DNA from: a virus | Lineage: Duplodnaviria; Heunggongvirae; Uroviricota; Caudoviricetes | Strand: one strand, 5' to 3' | Virus record (IMG/VR): IMGVR_UViG_3300045988_014132 | Span: 1-22,620 of that record | DNA: 22,620 nucleotides | In this document: positions 1-7,650 of the stretch, one piece after another | Position numbering within the stretch: position 1 is the stretch's first letter | Layout of the letters: the number at the start of each line of letters is the position of its first letter | Translations under genes and position numbers: made by a program | Notes under the pieces: model-generated | The model's input: only the letters and a program-made list of their open reading frames with translations | Databases searched by the model: none | What the model was told of the DNA's origin: nothing

Positions 1-2
1 AC

Positions 3-164
3 CCAAATCGAAGTTACGAACAAGAAAGCGTCGAGCGGGCTTTAACGTGCGCTAACTGCGGTCAGAAGCTGCATGTGCTGGAAGTTCACGTGTGCTCCGA
101 TTGCTGCGCAGAACTGATGAGCGATCCGAATAGCTCAATGTACGAGGAAGAAGACGATGAATGA
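3..164 (+). CDS. ninF: NinF-like protein, 5' partial (runs off the window start)
   Basis: Frame-3 translation PNRSYEQESVERALTCANCGQKLHVLEVHVCSDCCAELMSDPNSSMYEEEDDE* matches the Cys-rich C-terminus of lambdoid NinF as recalled; no in-window start codon; TGA at 162-164 overlaps the next gene start. Confidence 0.7.
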   Translation, partial: PNRSYEQESVERALTCANCGQKLHVLEVHVCSDCCAELMSDPNSSMYEEEDDE

Positions 165-879
165 GTTAATAAATGGCAATGCCATCAAAATGACAAGCAT
201 TGAAATCGCTGAGTTGGTTGGTAAGCGTCATGACAATGTGAAACGTACCATCGAAACGCTGGCTAAAAATGGTGTTATCCGGCTTCCTCAAATTGAGGTT
301 TCCGAAAGAATCAATAACTTAGGGTTCAATGTTCAGTACGAGCATTACGTCTTCGAAGGCGAACAAGGTAAGCGCGACAGCATTGTTGTCGTTGCCCAGT
401 TGTCGCCGGAATTCACGGCTCGCCTTGTTGACCGTTGGCGAGAGCTTGAAGAAGCTGCGGTTAATATCCCAAAAACGCTACCAGAAGCGTTGCGCCTTGC
501 TGCTGACCTTGCTGAGCAGAAAATGCAACTGGAAAACCAGCTCGCAATTGCCGCACCTAAAGTTGAGTTTGCCGATCGCGTTGGCGAGGCCAGCGGAATT
601 TTGATTGGAAACTTTGCAAAGGTTGTTGGAATTGGTCCAAACAAACTGTTTGCGTGGATGCGCGATCACAAAATCCTTATTGCTTCAGGTTCCCGGCGCA
701 ATGTGCCAATGCAGGAATATATGGATCGCGGCTATTTCACAGTGAAAGAAACAGCGGTCAACACAAATCACGGAATACAGATATCGTTCACCACAAAAAT
801 CACCGGGCGTGGTCAACAGTGGCTGACCAGAAAGCTGCTCGATAACGGAATGCTGAAAGTAACAGGGGAGGCTGCTTAA
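157..879 (+). CDS. Phage regulatory protein, Rha-like N-terminal domain fused to KilA-C/ANT-type C-terminal domain (antirepressor-like)
   Basis: 240-aa ORF; N-terminus TSIEIAELVGKRHDNVKRTIETL is typical of the Rha family; C-terminal half resembles phage antirepressor KilAC domains; start overlaps NinF stop and stop overlaps next start (TAATG). Confidence 0.7.
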   Translation: MNELINGNAIKMTSIEIAELVGKRHDNVKRTIETLAKNGVIRLPQIEVSERINNLGFNVQYEHYVFEGEQGKRDSIVVVAQLSPEFTARLVDRWRELEEAAVNIPKTLPEALRLAADLAEQKMQLENQLAIAAPKVEFADRVGEASGILIGNFAKVVGIGPNKLFAWMRDHKILIASGSRRNVPMQEYMDRGYFTVKETAVNTNHGIQISFTTKITGRGQQWLTRKLLDNGMLKVTGEAA

Positions 880-1169
880 TGGCTAACCTACGCAAAGAAG
901 CACGCGGCAGAGAATGCCAGGTACGTATTTACGGCGTATGCAATGGCAATCCTGAAACTACAGTTCTGGCACATTACCGGATGGCTGGAATTTGCGGAAC
1001 GGGAATGAAGCCTGACGACCTGATCGGCGCATGGGCTTGTAGCGCGTGTCACGATGAAATCGACCGACGCACCCATAACCTCGACAACAAAGACGCCAGA
1101 CTTTACCACCTGGAAGGCGTGATCAGGACGCAGGCGATACTGCTGAAGGAGGGGAAGATTAAGCCATGA
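879..1169 (+). CDS. ybcO: DUF1364 family protein, YbcO-like putative nuclease
   Basis: 96-aa ORF with RGRECQVRIYGVCNGNPETTVLAHYR and CSACHDEIDRR motifs, recalled as the DLP12 YbcO family; translationally coupled to both neighbours. Confidence 0.7.
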   Translation: MANLRKEARGRECQVRIYGVCNGNPETTVLAHYRMAGICGTGMKPDDLIGAWACSACHDEIDRRTHNLDNKDARLYHLEGVIRTQAILLKEGKIKP

Positions 1170-1528
1170 ACGAATATCAGTTTGTGCTTCCATACCCGCC
1201 GTCGGTGAACACCTACTGGCGAAGACGGGGAAGCCAATACTACATCAGCGATAAAGGCCAGAAATACCGAAAAGACGTTCAGCAAATCATCCGCCAACTT
1301 AAGTTAGACATTTTCACTAAATCACGACTCCGCATCAAAGTCATCGTAGACGTTCCGGACTCCCGCCGTCGCGACCTCGACAACATCCTGAAAGGTTTAC
1401 TCGACTCCCTTATCCACGCCGGATTTGCGGAAGACGACGAGCAATTCGATGACATTCGCGTAATTCGTGGCGTGAAAGTACCAGGCGGAAGGCTTGGAAT
1501 AAAAATCACCGAACTGGAGAACGCATGA
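1166..1528 (+). CDS. rusA: Holliday junction resolvase RusA
   Basis: 120-aa ORF; LPYPPSVNTYWRRRG, PDSRRRDLDN and GGRLGIKITELEN motifs match the RusA family; ATGA overlap with upstream gene. Confidence 0.85.
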   Translation: MNEYQFVLPYPPSVNTYWRRRGSQYYISDKGQKYRKDVQQIIRQLKLDIFTKSRLRIKVIVDVPDSRRRDLDNILKGLLDSLIHAGFAEDDEQFDDIRVIRGVKVPGGRLGIKITELENA

Positions 1529-1713
1529 ACGCCACAATTCAAACGATACCAGAGCTTCTTATCCAGACACGAGGCAATCAGACCGAAGTGGCAAGGATGC
1601 TTTCCTGCGCAAGAGGAACAGTGCTCAAGTACAACCGAGACAGCAAAGGCGAGCGTCACGTAATAGTTAACGGCGTCCTGATGGTCAAACAGGGCAAAAG
1701 GGGAAGGCCATGA
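1525..1713 (+). CDS. ninH: NinH-like protein
   Basis: 62-aa ORF; TIPELLIQTRGNQTEVARMLSCARGTVLKY resembles lambda NinH (helix-turn-helix-like); ATGA overlaps on both sides. Confidence 0.75.
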   Translation: MNATIQTIPELLIQTRGNQTEVARMLSCARGTVLKYNRDSKGERHVIVNGVLMVKQGKRGRP

Positions 1714-2333
1714 GACTCGAAAGCGTAGCTAAATTTCATTCGCCAAAAAGCCCGATGATGAGCGACTCACCACGGGCCACGGCTTCTGACTCTCTTTCCG
1801 GTACTGATGTGATGGCTGCTATGGGGATGGCGCAATCACAAGCCGGATTCGGAATGGCTGCATTCTGCGGTAAGCATGAACTCAGCCAGAACGACAAACA
1901 AAAGGCTATCAACTATCTGATGCAATTTGCACACAAGGTATCGGGGAAATACCGTGGTGTGGCAAAGCTCGAAGGAAATACTAAGGCAAAGGTACTGCAA
2001 GTGCTCGCAACATTCGCTTATGCGGATTATTGCCGTAGTGCCGCGACGCCGGGTGCAAGATGCAGAGATTGCCACGGTACAGGCCGTGCGGTTGATATAG
2101 CCAAAACAGAGCAGTGGGGGAGAGTTGTTGAGAAAGAGTGCGGAAGATGCAAAGGAGTCGGCTATTCAAGAATGCCAGCAAGCGCCGCATATCGCGCTGT
2201 AACGATGCTAATCCCAAACCTTACCCAACCCACCTGGTCACGCACTGTTAAGCCGCTGTATGACGCTCTGGTGGTGCAATGCCACAAGGAAGAGTCAATC
2301 GCAGACAATATTTTGAATGCGGTCACACGTTAG
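1710..2333 (+). CDS. Q: Late gene antiterminator Q (lambda type)
   Basis: 207-aa ORF, same length as lambda Q, with CRDCHGTGR...CGRCKGVGY zinc-binding motif; lies directly upstream of a pR'-like promoter and the S-R-Rz cassette. Confidence 0.9.
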   Translation: MRLESVAKFHSPKSPMMSDSPRATASDSLSGTDVMAAMGMAQSQAGFGMAAFCGKHELSQNDKQKAINYLMQFAHKVSGKYRGVAKLEGNTKAKVLQVLATFAYADYCRSAATPGARCRDCHGTGRAVDIAKTEQWGRVVEKECGRCKGVGYSRMPASAAYRAVTMLIPNLTQPTWSRTVKPLYDALVVQCHKEESIADNILNAVTR

Positions 2334-2375
2334 CAGCATGATTGCCACGGATGGCAACATATTAACGGCATGATA

Positions 2376-2404
2376 TTGACTTTTTGAATAAAGTTGGGTA
2401 GATT
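2376..2404 (+). promoter_or_regulatory. pR'-like late promoter (with overlapping Q-utilisation region expected)
   Basis: TTGACT at 2376-2381, 17-bp spacer, TAGATT at 2399-2404; position immediately downstream of Q matches lambda pR' organisation. Confidence 0.6.
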
Positions 2405-2440
2405 TGACCCAACGATGGATAAATGCACTCGTTAAATAAA

Positions 2441-2468
2441 GCCCTGAGTTAATAGCTCGGGGCTTTTT
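2441..2468 (+). terminator. Intrinsic terminator in the late leader (first)
   Basis: 8-bp stem gccctgag / ctcggggc (one G-U pair) with 7-nt loop, followed by TTTTT at 2464-2468, about 35-60 nt downstream of the predicted start. Confidence 0.55.
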
Positions 2469-2485
2469 GCGTTACAATCACAAAG

Positions 2486-2563
2486 GGAAGAGCGTTAGGT
2501 GAATCGGCGATACTGCCCCACAAGCCCGTTAATCGATAGAGGTAGACTAGCGCTCTTCCTTTT
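2486..2563 (+). terminator. Long-range stem structure plus T-tract in the late leader (candidate tR'-like terminator or structured leader RNA)
   Basis: Perfect 9-bp inverted repeat ggaagagcg (2486-2494) / cgctcttcc (2551-2559) enclosing about 56 nt, followed by TTTTGTGCT. Confidence 0.35.
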
Positions 2564-2867
2564 GTGCTGAATTAAGCGAATGCCGGAAGCAGAACCGGAT
2601 CACCAAATGCGTACAGGCGTCATCTCCGCCCAGCAACAGCACAACCCAAACTGAGCCGTAGCCACTGGCTATCCTGAATTCATCAGTGATAGTTACGCTG
2701 CGGCCTTCTACACATGACCTTCGTGAAAGCGGGTGGCAAGAGGTTGCGCCAACAACCTCCTGCCGTTTTGCCCGTGCATATCGGTCACGAACAAATCTGA
2801 TTACTAAACACAGTAGCCTGGATTTGTTCTATCAGTAATCGACCTTATTCCTAATTAAATAGAGCAA

Positions 2868-2889
2868 ATCCCCTTATTGGGGGTAAGAC
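2868..2889 (+). promoter_or_regulatory. sdi-like stem-loop sequestering the holin Shine-Dalgarno (dual-start control)
   Basis: cccc-ttatt-ggggg hairpin directly upstream of the ATG-AAG-ATG dual start; same arrangement as the lambda S sdi element. Confidence 0.55.
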
Positions 2890-3213
2890 ATGAAGATGCC
2901 AGAAAAACATGACCTGTTAGCCGCCATTCTCGCGGCAAAGGAACAAGGCATCGGGGCAATCCTTGCGTTTGCAATGGCGTACCTTCGCGGCAGATATAAT
3001 GGCGGTGCGTTTACAAAAACAGTAATCGACGCAACGATGTGCGCCATTATCGCCTGGTTCATTCGTGACCTTCTCGACTTCGCCGGACTAAGTAGCAATC
3101 TCGCTTATATAACGAGCGTGTTTATCGGCTACATCGGTACTGACTCGATTGGTTCGCTTATCAAACGCTTCGCTGCTAAAAAAGCCGGAGTAGAAGATGG
3201 TGGAAATCAATAA
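2890..3213 (+). CDS. S: Class I holin S (S107 antiholin / S105 holin dual start)
   Basis: 107-aa ORF starting [22 protein letters not shown]; essentially the lambda S protein as recalled; Met1-Lys2-Met3 dual-start motif present. Confidence 0.95.
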   Translation: MKMPEKHDLLAAILAAKEQGIGAILAFAMAYLRGRYNGGAFTKTVIDATMCAIIAWFIRDLLDFAGLSSNLAYITSVFIGYIGTDSIGSLIKRFAAKKAGVEDGGNQ

Positions 3214-3673
3214 TCAACGTAAGGCGTTCCTCGATATGCTGGCGTGGTCAGAGGGAACTGATAACGGACGACAGAAAACCAGAAATCATGGTTATGACGT
3301 CATTGTAGGCGGAGAGCTATTCACTGATTACTCCGATCACCCTCGCAAACTTGTCATGCTAAACCCCAAACTCAAATCAACAGCAGCCGGACGTTACCAG
3401 CTTCTTTCCCGTTGGTGGGATGCCTACCGTAAGCAGCTTGGCCTGAAAGATTTCTCTCCGAAAAGCCAGGACGCTGTGGCATTGCAGCAGATTAAAGAGC
3501 GTGGCGCTTTACCGATGATTGATCGCGGTGATATTCGTCAGGCAATCGACCGTTGCAGCAATATCTGGGCTTCACTGCCGGGCGCTGGTTATGGTCAGTT
3601 CGAGCATAAGGCTGACAACCTGATTGCAAAATTCAAAGAAGCTGGCGGAACGGTCAGAGAGATTGAGGTATGA
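3197..3673 (+). CDS. R: Endolysin R (lambda-type lytic transglycosylase)
   Basis: 158-aa [27 protein letters not shown]...; matches lambda R in length and sequence as recalled; start overlaps the 3' end of S. Confidence 0.95.
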   Translation: MVEINNQRKAFLDMLAWSEGTDNGRQKTRNHGYDVIVGGELFTDYSDHPRKLVMLNPKLKSTAAGRYQLLSRWWDAYRKQLGLKDFSPKSQDAVALQQIKERGALPMIDRGDIRQAIDRCSNIWASLPGAGYGQFEHKADNLIAKFKEAGGTVREIEV

Positions 3674-4137
3674 GCAGAGTAACCGCGATTATCTCCGCTC
3701 TGGTTATCTGCATCATCGTCTGTCTGTCATGGGCTGTTAATCATTACCGTGATAACGCAATCGCCTACAAAGAGCAGCGTGATAAAAAAGTCAGTGAGCT
3801 GAAGCAGGCGACCGCCACCATTACTGACATGCAGCAACGCCAGCGTGCTGCTGATGCACTCGATGCTAAATACACGAAGGAGTTAGCTGATGCGAAAGCT
3901 GAAAATGATGCTCTTCGGCGCAAGCTTGATAATGGTGGCAGGGTGCTCGTCAAAGGAAAATGCCCTGTGCCATCCTCAGCCGAAACCTCCAGCGCCTCCG
4001 GCATGGGCAATGATGCCACCGTCGAACTCTCTCCAGTTGCTGGACGAAACGTTCTCGGTGTCCGGGACGGAATTATCCGCGACCAAACAGCACTGAGAAC
4101 GCTTCAGGAATACATCAGGACGCAATGCCTTCGATGA
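3670..4137 (+). CDS. Rz: Inner-membrane spanin subunit Rz (i-spanin)
   Basis: 155-aa ORF; N-terminus [31 protein letters not shown] is lambda Rz-like with one TM helix; C-terminal half differs from lambda Rz; ATGA overlap with R. Confidence 0.9.
   Translation: MSRVTAIISALVICIIVCLSWAVNHYRDNAIAYKEQRDKKVSELKQATATITDMQQRQRAADALDAKYTKELADAKAENDALRRKLDNGGRVLVKGKCPVPSSAETSSASGMGNDATVELSPVAGRNVLGVRDGIIRDQTALRTLQEYIRTQCLR
3890..4096 (+). CDS. Rz1: Outer-membrane spanin subunit Rz1 (o-spanin lipoprotein), embedded in the +1 frame of Rz
   Basis: 68-aa ORF wholly inside Rz in another frame; signal peptide with lipobox VAGC ([21 protein letters not shown]) followed by proline-rich [11 protein letters not shown]; classic embedded spanin architecture. 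Confidence 0.8.
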   Translation: MRKLKMMLFGASLIMVAGCSSKENALCHPQPKPPAPPAWAMMPPSNSLQLLDETFSVSGTELSATKQH

Positions 4138-4311
4138 TAGCGATAATTTTACTCATCATCCTTCACATCTGGCTCTGTAGACAGGGTGGTGATCACTTCT
4201 GGAGTGAATCCAGATTAAACATCTCATTGCTGATGCTTGAAGTTGAGCATCTGGCGCGCGGTAAGGGGCTGCGTTGAGATAAGAGCCAGTCATCACAAAC
4301 ACCAGGATTTA

Positions 4312-4337
4312 GCCTCGCATTCGCGGGGCTTTTTATT
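4312..4337 (+). terminator. Intrinsic terminator downstream of the lysis cassette
   Basis: 7-bp stem gcctcgc / gcggggc (one G-U pair) with loop attc, followed by TTTTTATT at 4330-4337. Confidence 0.55.
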
Positions 4338-4355
4338 GCAACAAAGGTAAAGACG

Positions 4356-4643
4356 ATGGATGAAGAATATCGTAAAGACCTGCAATTGTGGTTTGGCCTG
4401 ACGCATGCGTCGTTCTGCGTGATGCCGAGAGTATTCATGGAGGCTATGCCACAAGAATGGCAAGAGAAGATGGCGCAGTTGCTTTTTGAGTATGGCGACA
4501 CGATCAAAACGGATGTCTGCGGAGTTCACAGCTGTTTCGTTACTGCCAAAGACGGCAACAACCGCTTTATGAGGATGCCAGAAGATATTCTGAACTATCG
4601 TCATCCCCGGCGTGAGTTCATCGAATCATTTCTGAAGAAGTAG
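4356..4643 (+). CDS. Hypothetical protein (95 aa)
   Basis: ORF MDEEYRKDLQLWFGLTHASFCVMPRVF...; AGGT about 9 nt upstream of the ATG; protein-like composition, unlike the overlapping - strand ORFs; no family recognised. Confidence 0.5.
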   Translation: MDEEYRKDLQLWFGLTHASFCVMPRVFMEAMPQEWQEKMAQLLFEYGDTIKTDVCGVHSCFVTAKDGNNRFMRMPEDILNYRHPRREFIESFLKK

Positions 4644-4891
4644 CCATTACAAAGCCTATCTGCGGGTGGGCTTGATAATGAAACCGGAGCTTATTCTTGG
4701 CAACCAGTTATGGCAGTACCACGAAGCAACCCAAGCCAGAAAGTGGGGAAATAACACTGGCAGCCACTGAAAGATGAACCTCCTGCCTGATGGCAAAAAA
4801 AGATTCTTTGTGGTGGCGGACTGATGGAAAGACATCGGTTATTGCAGAGGCCATTCAATGAGTGGTCTCGACAATGGCTTATACCCTACAC

Positions 4892-4917
4892 GGGATAACT
4901 TAACTGATATCCCTTTT
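4892..4917 (+). terminator. Hairpin plus T-tract upstream of the small-ORF/terminase operon (weak terminator or regulatory hairpin)
   Basis: Perfect inverted repeat gggata (4892-4897) / tatccc (4908-4913) with 10-nt loop, followed by TTTT at 4914-4917. Confidence 0.3.
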
Positions 4918-4938
4918 AACGGATAAACGGAGCCAACA

Positions 4939-5181
4939 ATGGCAGAGATTATTCCCATGACTGAAGAACAGAAATTCCAGTTAGAGATTTACAAGCTGGT
5001 CATGAACCAGAACGCAGCCGCAGAAGAAGCATTTCAATTCATTGGCACTGACGAACTGAAGCTTGAGCTATTCAAAATTCACTTCCAGTCAGGCGGCGCT
5101 AATTCAGATATCACGACCCGCACTATCGAAGCGGTGCGTAAATCGAAGGAAGCGTTAGACCTGTTCACTACCGGAGTGTAA
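4939..5181 (+). CDS. Hypothetical protein (80 aa), predicted helical
   Basis: ORF MAEIIPMTEEQKFQLEIYKLVMNQ...; GGAG 7 nt upstream; first of three tightly packed small genes before the terminase genes; size and position resemble the small ORF carried by P22-like phages between lysis and gene 3. Confidence 0.6.
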   Translation: MAEIIPMTEEQKFQLEIYKLVMNQNAAAEEAFQFIGTDELKLELFKIHFQSGGANSDITTRTIEAVRKSKEALDLFTTGV

Positions 5182-5184
5182 GAG

Positions 5185-5472
5185 ATGACTGAACAAGAAA
5201 TGCCGAGATACCAGTGCCACAAAAAAGTTCGCGCCCTGAAGATTGGCTCTATAGAACATAAGCCAAACCCAGATCAGCCTGGTAAGTCTGGCTCTTCTAG
5301 TTATGGGGCAATTATTCATCCGGATGATAAGAAATACGCAGCATTTGATGTTAGCGCGGAATATATCTGTAAGCACCGACCAATGCCTGGAGGCTATTAC
5401 GTTGTCTATGAGGATGGATATGAATCATATTCTCCTGCTGAGGTATTTGAGTCTGGATATTCAAAATTATAG
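5185..5472 (+). CDS. Hypothetical protein (95 aa) with Cys/His dyads
   Basis: ORF MTEQEMPRYQCHKKVRALKIGS...YICKHRPMPGGYYVVYEDGYESY; starts 4 nt after the previous stop; QCHK and CKH dyads suggest possible metal binding. Confidence 0.6.
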   Translation: MTEQEMPRYQCHKKVRALKIGSIEHKPNPDQPGKSGSSSYGAIIHPDDKKYAAFDVSAEYICKHRPMPGGYYVVYEDGYESYSPAEVFESGYSKL

Positions 5473-5481
5473 GAATCCTCT

Positions 5482-5661
5482 ATGACAATCGTCGTTGATC
5501 TTGGTAAGGAGAAGAAATTCCCAATTACTCAAGAGCTATACGAGCGACTTGAAAGCGTCATCCATGATTACGATGGTGAAATCAGTTTATGCGAGGCGAT
5601 TGGCACACTCGAATTGCTGAAGCAGTCACTGATTGAAGGCGCGAAAGAGTCCTCAGCCTGA
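5482..5661 (+). CDS. Hypothetical small protein (59 aa)
   Basis: Not in the supplied ORF track (below its size cutoff); read directly: ATG 5482 ... TGA 5659-5661, MTIVVDLGKEKKFPITQELYERLESVIHDYDGEISLCEAIGTLELLKQSLIEGAKESSA; AGGAAT upstream; fills the gap between the 95-aa ORF and the terminase gene. Confidence 0.5.
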   Translation: MTIVVDLGKEKKFPITQELYERLESVIHDYDGEISLCEAIGTLELLKQSLIEGAKESSA

Positions 5662-5678
5662 AATAACAACTAAGTGAG

Positions 5679-6173
5679 ATGAATATGGCAGCACCAAAGG
5701 GCAACCGATTTTGGGAGGCCCGCAGTAGTCATGGGAGAAACCCTAAATTCGAATCGCCTGAGGCGCTGTGGGCTGCTTGTTGTGAATACTTCGAGTGGGC
5801 TGATGATAACCCGCTATGGGAGGGTAAGGTATTTTCATATCAGGGAGAAATAATTAAGGCCAATGTCCCTAAGATGCGAGCCATGACTATTTCAGGATTG
5901 TGTACCTTCCTTGATATCACCAGGCAAACATGGGGAACCTTCCGGTCAATGGAAGGTTTTTCTGACGTCACATCACGAGCGGAAGACATCATCTACGACC
6001 AGAAATTCTCTGGCGCAGCCGCTGACCTTCTCAACGCTAACATCATCGCCCGTGATTTGGGCCTCAAAGAGCAGTCGCAAGTTGAAGACGTGACACCTGA
6101 TAAGGGAGATCGCGATAAGCGACGCTCTCGTATCAAGGAGCTATTCAACCGTGGAACTGGACGCGATTCTTGA
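5679..6173 (+). CDS. 3: Terminase small subunit (P22 gp3-like)
   Basis: N-terminus (M)[33 protein letters not shown] matches P22 gp3 as recalled; the true start may be the second ATG at 5685, giving a 162-aa product. Confidence 0.85.
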   Translation: MNMAAPKGNRFWEARSSHGRNPKFESPEALWAACCEYFEWADDNPLWEGKVFSYQGEIIKANVPKMRAMTISGLCTFLDITRQTWGTFRSMEGFSDVTSRAEDIIYDQKFSGAAADLLNANIIARDLGLKEQSQVEDVTPDKGDRDKRRSRIKELFNRGTGRDS

Positions 6174-7650
6174 TAACCTGAGCGACGAAGAGCAAATCGA
6201 ATTGCTCGAGCTACTAGAAGAAGAAGAGAACTACCGGAACACACACCTGCTATATGAATTTACGCCATACAGCAAACAGCGTGAGTTCATCGACGCTGGG
6301 CATGACTATCCAGAGCGCTGTTTTATGGCTGGTAACCAGCTTGGTAAGTCATTTACTGGTGCTGCTGAAGTCGCGTTTCACCTTACAGGGCGTTATCCGG
6401 GCACAAAAGGCTATCCTGCTGATGGTAAATATGGCGGTGAGTGGAAAGGTAAGCGTTTCTATGAGCCTGTTGTCTTCTGGATTGGCGGCGAGACAAACGA
6501 GACTGTAACCAAAACGACTCAACGCATCCTGTGCGGTCGTATCGAAGAGAATGATGAGCCTGGCTACGGTTCCATACCGAAAGAAGACATCATTAGCTGG
6601 AAGAAGTCTCCTTTCTTTCCGAACCTTGTTGATCATCTTCTGGTTAAGCATCACACGGCTGATGGCGTTGAAGATGGCATTTCAATCTGCTACTTCAAAC
6701 CATACTCGCAAGGCCGTGCTCGCTGGCAGGGTGACACAATCCACGGCGTGTGGTTTGACGAAGAACCACCATATAGCATTTATGGTGAAGGCCTTACCCG
6801 TACCAACAAATACGGGCAATTCTCAATTCTGACGTTTACCCCTCTGATGGGGATGTCTGACGTTGTTACCAAGTTCCTGAAGAATCCCAGCAAGTCGCAG
6901 AAAGTGGTCAACATGACCATCTATGACGCTGAGCACTATACCGACGAGCAGAAAGAGCAAATCATCGCATCCTATCCAGAGCATGAGAGAGAGGCTCGAG
7001 CTCGCGGTATTCCTACGATGGGTAGTGGTCGAATCTTCCAGATACCGGAAGAGACGATTAAGTGTCAGCCGTTCGAGTGTCCTGATCACTTCTACGTAAT
7101 TGGCGGTATGGATTTCGGATGGGATCACCCGCAGGCGCAGGTTCAGCTTTGGTGGGATAAGGACGCAGACATAATCTACCTTTCACGCGTTTGGAAGGCG
7201 AAAGAAAAGACAGCCGTTCAGGCGTGGGGAGCTGTTAAACCATGGGCGCATAAAGTGCCAACCGCATGGCCTCATGACGGAAACCAGCACGAGAAGGGCG
7301 GCGGTGAGCAGCTCAAAGGGCAGTATGCGGACGCTGGATTTATGATGTTGCAGGAGCATGCGACATGGCCTGATGGCGGTAACGCTGTTGAGCCTGGTAT
7401 CACTGAATTGCGAGACATGATGCTCGACGGTCGCTTCAAAGTATTCAACACCTGTGAGCCATTCTTTGAGGAGTTCCGCCTCTATCACCGTGATGAAAAC
7501 GGGAAGATCGTCAAGCTTAACGACGACGTGCTATCAGCCGTTCGCTATGCATACATGATGCGCCGCTTCGCCAAAATGATGCGCGACATCAAAAAACCAA
7601 AAGAGAAAAAGATACCAGCCCCAATCAGGCCCATCGCACGGAGAACTTAA
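6151..7650 (+). CDS. 2: Terminase large subunit (P22 gp2-like ATPase/nuclease)
   Basis: 499-aa ORF (same length as P22 gp2) with Walker A-like GNQLGKS; 23-nt overlap with the small terminase gene. Confidence 0.9.
   Translation: MELDAILDNLSDEEQIELLELLEEEENYRNTHLLYEFTPYSKQREFIDAGHDYPERCFMAGNQLGKSFTGAAEVAFHLTGRYPGTKGYPADGKYGGEWKGKRFYEPVVFWIGGETNETVTKTTQRILCGRIEENDEPGYGSIPKEDIISWKKSPFFPNLVDHLLVKHHTADGVEDGISICYFKPYSQGRARWQGDTIHGVWFDEEPPYSIYGEGLTRTNKYGQFSILTFTPLMGMSDVVTKFLKNPSKSQKVVNMTIYDAEHYTDEQKEQIIASYPEHEREARARGIPTMGSGRIFQIPEETIKCQPFECPDHFYVIGGMDFGWDHPQAQVQLWWDKDADIIYLSRVWKAKEKTAVQAWGAVKPWAHKVPTAWPHDGNQHEKGGGEQLKGQYADAGFMMLQEHATWPDGGNAVEPGITELRDMMLDGRFKVFNTCEPFFEEFRLYHRDENGKIVKLNDDVLSAVRYAYMMRRFAKMMRDIKKPKEKKIPAPIRPIARRT

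Noticed and set aside
329-669. Track ORFs of 63-99 aa inside the Rha/KilAC gene (329-604 +, 345-644 -, 478-669 -).
   Set aside because: They lie wholly within a well-supported 240-aa coding frame, have Ser/Arg/Leu/Cys-rich composition typical of out-of-frame translation, and have no RBS or partner genes.
4644-4938. Possible tRNA or small RNA gene in the 295-bp gap; mini-ORFs of 16-30 codons (for example 4678-4770).
   Set aside because: No cloverleaf hallmarks (GTTCGAATC-type T-arm with a matching acceptor stem) found by eye; the mini-ORFs lack convincing RBS and are too short to judge. The gap stays unexplained, not annotated.
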